NCBI GenBank assembly: GCA_037447605.1 | Contig: CM074809.1 | Span: forward strand, 248,001 to 312,000 | Direction of reading: 5' to 3' | Length of the DNA stretch: 64,000 nt | DNA from: Zygnema circumcarinatum SAG 698-1b | Lineage: Eukaryota > Plantae > Zygnematophyceae | In this document: positions 47,886-64,000 of the stretch, piece after piece | Numbering within the stretch: the first letter of the stretch is position 1 | Layout: the number at the start of each line of letters is the position of its first letter | The notes under the pieces: model-generated | What the model saw: only the letters and a program-made list of their open reading frames with translations | Databases searched by the model: none | What the model was told of the DNA's origin: nothing | Position numbers and translations under genes: made by a program

Positions 47886-49472
47886 GAGAGATAGGGGGAA
47901 GATTATGGATGACTGATCCTTCCGGTTCCTTACCTCCTATCGGCACTCTCTTCTAGAGAGCGAGAGAGAGAGAGAGGGAGAGAGGGAGAGAGGGAGAGGG
48001 AGAGGGAGAGAGAGACTCCCTGTCCCATTCTCAGCTGTCTCTCTCACTTTGCTCTGATTCAACCAATCATTCCCACCGATTATCGAAAAAGCACGTTTGT
48101 TTCATAAATTTCAATGGTTTCATTTCTTTTCTTTATCTGTAGATATGTCGATGATGCGCGGCCTTTTTGGCAGTACATAGTATCGGAGGCTACAGGATGT
48201 TCCGACCCGCTGTACTGGGAAGAAGTCTATACATATTACACAACTGCAGAGGTGTCCTTTCTTTTCTGCCCCTTTTTCTTTCTTGATCAAAAATCTAAAG
48301 AAGAATCTAAATCTACAGCTCAAACTACAGAGGTTCCTCGAACCCTCTGAAAACCGATATTATTATCTTTCTTTCTATCTTTATTTTTCTTTAATTTTAA
48401 GCCCTACCCTTTTTATATTTTTACCCTAATCCTCTACGCTAACCTGCTCCATGCAGGCATGGCGCGTAGTTGACCCGCAAGCAGGAGAGGCCTTCGCAGC
48501 TTTAAGAAAGGCAGGAGTGAAAATCGCGGTTGTGTCAAACTTCGACACTCGCCTCCGCCCTCTCCTCCGTGCGCTGCGCTGCGACCATTGGTTCGATGCG
48601 CTCTCCATCTCCGCGGAGGTAAGGGTTTAGGGTTTAGGGTTTAGGGTTCACAATTCTAATGTGCATAGGCATAATTTTACAGTAAATCTATAAAAAAGAC
48701 ACTGCAAAAGCGCTTGTGTTCACTTTTTTCTGCAGTTCAAAGCGGTCTTGAACTTAAAATGTAAGAGCACCACTTCGCCGCTTCTTTGTAGAATGCTGAA
48801 GCGTACCGGATTGCACCATAAGAGTCGACACATAGCCCTCGCCCTGATCTAAAGAAGCTTCTACTACTGTTCCTCTTGCTTTTTTGTTGGGATTGGCTCG
48901 TAGCTCTACCAACTCAGCCTCGAAGAGTCCTTTTCTCTAGAAGTTCCTTAACACCTTGACCGGTCTTGGCAGAAATAGCTTGGCTTTGATACTTGCCTCC
49001 CCATTCTTCTACCAAGATATTAATACCAGAGAGTTCTTCTTTAATTTTATCTGTTTAGGGTTTAGGGTTTCGGGTTTAGGGTTCAGGGTTCAGGGTTCAG
49101 GGTTTAGGGTTCAGGATTTAGGTTTCAGGGTTTAGGGTTTCGGGTTTAGGGTTCAGGGTTCAGGGTTCAGGGTTCAGGGTTTAGGGTTTAGGGTTTAGGG
49201 TTTAGGGTTTCGGGTTCAGGGTTCAGGGTTCAGGGTTCAGGGTTCAGGGTTCAGGTTTTAGGGTTTAGGTTTTAGGGTTTAGGGTTTAGGGTTTAGGGTT
49301 TAGGGTTCAGGGTTCAGGTTTTAGGGTTCAGGGTTTAGGTTTAGGGTTCAGGGTTTCTTTTCGGATCTCTCAACTCCTTGCGGTTTTTGAGATTTCCTTG
49401 GTTTTGTTTTTCCTTTTTCCTGCCTTAACTTATCAGAGATCCCATCATTAGTAGTAGATCTTCTCTTACTGT

Positions 49473-49523
<51 letters not shown>

Positions 49524-50631
49524 GCTCCCTCTCTCTCTCTCTCCCTTACGACCACCCAATTCTTCTTCATCCATCATCCTTCATTCTTCATCCTTCTTCA
49601 CTCTCAATTCCCTTCTTTCCATTTCCTGCAGGTTCAGGCCGAAAAGCCGAACCCCGCCATCTTCCTCCGCGCGTGCGAGCTGTTGGACGTGGACCCGCGC
49701 GAGGCTGTCCACGTCGGCGACGACCGCCGGAACGATATTTGGGGCGCGCGCGCAGCCGGCTGCGACGCGTGGCTGTGGGGCCGAGGGGATGAGGACGTGC
49801 ACTCCTTCCGGGAGGTACGGGGTTCAAACCTCGCCCTCGGCAAGGTTTTAGACTTTTTGAGTAGAGCCTGAACCAAGGAATGAATGAATGAGACGGTGTG
49901 GGAGGCAGGGGGGGAAGGGTGGTTGTTGTTGTCGCCCTTGGTTGTTGATTCTCTCCCTCTCTCTCTAATTGTCTCCGTTTCCCGCCTTCTTGTCGCCCTG
50001 TCTCCCTCTCCTCCCCCTTCCCCTCCCTCTCCCCTCTCCCTCCTGCCTCTACTCTCCCTCCCTCTCCCTCTCCCCTCTCCCTCTCCCCTCTCCCTCTCCC
50101 CTCCCTCTCCCTCTCCCTCTCCCCTCTCCCTCTCCCTCTCCCTCTCCCCTCTCCCTCTCCCTCTCCCCCTCTCCTCTCCCTCTCCCTCTCCCTCTCCCCT
50201 CTCCCTCTCCCCTCTCCCCTCTCCCTCTCCCCTCTCCCTCTCCCCTCTCCCTCTCCCTCTCCCCTCTCCCTCTCCCTCTCCCTCTCCCCTCTCCCTCTCC
50301 CCCTCTCCCTCTCCCTCTCCCCTCTCCCCTCTCCCTCCTCCTCCCCCTCTCCCTCCTCCTCTTCCTCTCCATCTCCCTCCCCCTCCTCTTACCCCTCTCC
50401 CTCTCCCCTCCCCTCTCCTCTCCTCTCCCCTCTCCCTCTCCCTCTCCCCCTCTCACCCTCTCCTCCTCCTCCTCTCCCTCTCCCCTCTCCCTCTCCCTCT
50501 CCCTCTCCCCTCTCCCCTCTCCCTCTTCGAAATGGGTGCTTATGTTGTATGTTTGTTGGGTGTGAGTACAGGTGGCGGAAAGGATGGGGGTAGTAGTGCC
50601 GGAAAGTTTACAACGAGGGCTCAATGCCTAG
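47050..50631 (+). CDS. HAD-superfamily hydrolase, HDHD3-like (At2g41250/At1g14310-type), with a transit-peptide-like N terminus
   Basis: Exons encode [54 protein letters not shown] and the terminal VAERMGV...* (TAG 50629-50631). Confidence 0.9.
48796..49053 (-). pseudogene. infB: Fragment of bacterial translation initiation factor IF-2 inside HAD intron 4, one frameshift
   Basis: The minus strand reads [40 protein letters not shown], a +1 shift, then [42 protein letters not shown]. This corresponds to the end of the IF-2 G domain (G5 SAK motif) and the start of the following beta-barrel domain. Confidence 0.85.
49054..49355. repeat. Telomere-like (TTTAGGG/TTCAGGG) array in HAD intron 4
   Basis: Begins immediately after the IF-2 fragment. 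Confidence 0.92.
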
Positions 50632-51349
50632 AGAGAGAAAGAGAGAGAGATGGATAGAAAGTGCCATGTCAATAGCCGCTACAGTGCATTGTACAGTAAC
50701 CAGATCCGTAGAACAAGCCTCTGGTGAGGTTCTCGTGTAGAGAATAGGCCCTTCTTGACTTCCCTTGAATGCTTTTGAAGTTTTCCAGGGCTAATGGTCT
50801 TGGCTTTAGACTTCAGATTTTAGAGTTCTTAAGGTGTTCACCGTTTTCAGTTTTTAGAGTTTTAGACCCTTAGGATTGTTGAGGTCGTCTTTAAAGTCTG
50901 CATGAAGTAGAGGGCTAAGCACTGTTTCATGTGTATCTGACGATTAAAAAAAAAAAATTACATCGACAAAATCAGCACATATAATTTCGAATGAAGGTAT
51001 ATCTGTGGAAATTGTAGAGACAAAATGATGAAATGTATAGTCCACTAGTGTGCCACAAAACCTTCCAGACCTAACTCTAGATACGCATTCAAAATGCTCA
51101 TTGTATAATTCATGCTCACCATGCGGCATGCTCTATGCACATGGTTTTGCGGTACGCCAAGGTTTCACGTTTCCTCCAAAGATATATGTTATACATATGC
51201 AACACTCCAAATGCCTTTGCGGATACTTATGGAACCACTGATAATTTTTTTCCAGTTTTAGGGTTCATGCTTTTTAGGGTCTTCAGGGTTTCCGGGTACT
51301 GAAAGTTTGGGGATTTTAGGGTTTTTAGGGTTCGCACAACGGGTCTAGT

Positions 51350-61324
<9,975 letters not shown>

Positions 61325-62272
61325 GAGGAGCTGCTGCCACGTGGCGCCAGGAAAGCATGGCATGACATATGGATGGTATGACATGGCATGGCATGGAATA
61401 GCATACCATGGCATGGTTGGCATACCATGGCATGGTAAGGATGGAACTGCATGGGAGGCATGACATGCAACAGCACGTCGAGCGGGGAGAAAGCAGCCTA
61501 AAACTCTAACAAGTTCGAGTCCAGACGAGGGAGGAGGAGGGAGGGAGGGAGGGCCAGCGAGGCCTACCACTTGTATCCAACGCTCACGGTATTAAAAACA
61601 CCAAAAAAAAAGAATTGGAAAGGAAGCACGGCCAGAGACAAGCGGCCCCACGCGCGAGAGAGAGAGAGCGAGAGAGAGAGAGGAAGGGAGAGTGAGACAG
61701 AGAGGGAGAAAGAGAGAGAGAGAGAGAGACAGAGGAAGAGAGAGCGAGAGAAACGAGAGAGAGAAAGAGAGAGAAACGAGAGAGAGGGATGGAGACAGGG
61801 GGAGGGGGAGGGAGAGAGAATGGCAGTCATGTCCAGATGATGGCGTGGACCTGAAGCAAGCACGTTGGTGGATCAACAAAGTTCCACAGATCAACGACGC
61901 TACGTCCTATCTTAGGTGTTGGACTTCAGGCAAACTTTGGTTGATCTGGGTCATTTCGGAAGAATTCACCATTGATTTGGAGTGGACTCAGGTCCACGTC
62001 AGCTGTACGGTTTGCTCTGTGCGGCACGCAACCAAAGATTCCGCTCGTTGACCGTTTCCCGCCTCCGGCGGATATCCCGATACGATATAGTATGTGTCAC
62101 ATCGTCACCGTAATCGATACCGAACGGTATTAGATGCGATATTATAAAATAAAAAATGTACTTTCCGATACGATACAACACAATGATATTCGATACGATA
62201 CGAAGCGCTACGGTGCGATACTATACGAGACTGAAATTTAATGACATGGAAAATACAGTTACGATTCTTTTT

Positions 62273-63215
62273 GGGTAGTGATATTTCCACCCCTTTTTTG
62301 GATCCAAACACCCCTTCCCGGCCGGGCAGATTTCAAAAGGGATTAAAAACGGAAAATACTTTTTTCACACCTTTTTGGAATCGATACCCACCTTCTTCCG
62401 TTGGCTGATTCTTTTTTTGCTAAACAAGGAAAATGATACCCCGTCACCGCATTTTGAATACTGTATCCCGCCTCCCTGAATTTTTTTTTTGAGGGAAAAA
62501 AATATCTGCCTGCCCGAATCCGCTCGGAGCGGAAGATCCGTCCGCCACGAGATCGTTCGCGGGTGTCCGTCCTTCACACTTGCCTGTCAATCGCATCTGT
62601 CGATTTCCCTCGCAGATCGCACCACTGCAGATCACCGTTCGATCTGCAGCCGGGCTCGATCTTAGCGAATGGAAAGCGCCCACGAGTGACGAGTGACAAG
62701 CGCACGTGCGAGTGCGCGCATCCCTCGGCCCGAGATCTCGTGCATTGTCAGCTCTCAGCCAATCAACATCTTCCACGTGTTAAATTTTTGACGTGGAAAC
62801 CTTTGATTGGTCCAAGCTCTCAATGTACGAAATATTGGGTTCCTCAAAGTTTTGACCGTACGACATATGTACGGACAAACTTTTGAGACGAGTTTGGCGG
62901 GATACGTGGGCCCGTGCCATTCGCTGTGACCGAGCCCGGCTGCAGAGCAAATAGTGATCTGCCGTGTTGCGATCTGCCAGGGAATCGACGGCTGCGATTG
63001 ACCGCACGCGTGAAAAAAATTCAGGTAGGCGGGATATTCAAAATGGGGGTGACAGGTTACTTCCTTGTTTCGCAAAAATAAAATCTCCGATGGAGGGTGG
63101 GTATCGATTCCAAAAAGGTGTGAAAAAAGCATTTTCCGTTTTTAATCCTTTTTGAAATCTGCCCGGCCGGGAAGGGGTGTTTGGATCCAAGAAAGGGGTG
63201 GAAATATCACTACCC
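62273..63215. mobile_element. Non-autonomous TIR element (Mutator-like), 943 bp, with TIRs of about 210 bp and 8-bp TSD TTCTTTTT
   Basis: Starts GGGTAGTGATATTTCCACCCC and ends GGGGTGGAAATATCACTACCC. TTCTTTTT lies at 62265-62272 and 63216-63223. There is no transposase ORF. Confidence 0.88.
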
Positions 63216-64000
63216 TTCTTTTTTCTTTTGGGTTTTTTAGGGTTTCTAAATATAGCTTAGAGAAAAACTCAGTTTGTGATGGTCAAGTTTGCAAAATTTC
63301 TGACGTCCTATAAGATTGGATGTCGTCATCCAAGTCAATTTCTTGCCACGTGGGGATCTGTGATTGGTGTAATTTACCTTCATTTTGATTTTCACTTTCA
63401 CTCAGTTTTTTGATGACGTCAGTGAAAATCTGTCTGCAGTTTGCCGGTTTTTGCGACTCACAAATCAAATTTCAAGTTTGTTTTTAAAAGTTGAAAAGTT
63501 CAAAAGTTTGCCTTCTCCGCGTTTCAAGAAATGGGCTTTTTGAAAACTTTAGGATTTCTTACGGAAAAGTTTTCTGCAAAAAAAAATTGCATGACTTTCC
63601 ATCCCTTGAAAATTTCCAAATTTTTTAAAAAGCATAATTTCTACAATCCGTTTCCCCTTGAAGCTTTTGAATACTCCTCAAACTGCAAAATATTTCATTT
63701 TGGGTCCCCCTTTTGCTTTCCTAGACGGACCTTCCATTTGCAGGGTTTTCCCGAACAATTTTTTTGCGGAAATAATTGGACGAATAATGAACAGTTTGGA
63801 GATAGAATTTACAAAAAAAAATGTGAATACGATTCCTATAAAAAAAGGGATTTTTCCTGGGTCAGCAATGATGGTTTGCGCGAGCCATGGCCGGTGAAAG
63901 TGAAGCTTTTGAAGGAGAAGAAGGTGGGTGAAGCAGCAGCTCTCCATCATGGACCGATTATGGAATGAAAATAGAATGAAATGGATTAAAAAAAAAAAAA

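Noticed and set aside
49815-49845. B-box-like GGTTCAAACC (tRNA or SINE)
   Set aside because: No A box, acceptor stem or tail; it directly follows a splice donor.
63531-63968. 145-aa ORF at the window end
   Set aside because: AT-rich, with no motif or consistent splice structure.

Overview
Eukaryotic nuclear DNA. It is most likely from a streptophyte (charophyte/zygnematophyte-type) green alga; this is inferred from plant-type genes, TTTAGGG-type repeats, GC-rich exons and microsatellite-packed introns. Intron-containing genes in order: 3' end of 2-isopropylmalate synthase (+), DUF455 ferritin-like protein (-), plant AAA+ ATPase (+), an orphan coiled-coil/VKxEP-repeat gene (+) interrupted by a young Ty1/Copia element, a decayed duplicate of two of that gene's exons, a RING + TRAF-type zinc-finger protein (-), a bacterial-type dihydrouridine synthase (+), an IRX10-like GT47 xylan synthase (+), an HDHD3-like HAD hydrolase (+) and a TBC1D15/GYP7-like Rab-GAP (-). 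The Copia element has 5-bp TSD GGAGC and encloses a gap-bounded, degenerate Ty3/Gypsy chromovirus. Introns carry telomere-like arrays, GA/CT and GAT microsatellites, two satellites and several MITEs. The most unexpected observation is an approximately 260-bp decayed bacterial (Bacteroidota-like) translation initiation factor IF-2 fragment between two telomere-repeat arrays in a HAD intron, a candidate horizontal capture. No rRNA, tRNA or CRISPR array was found. All gene models and homology calls were made by eye from recalled family motifs; no database search was run.
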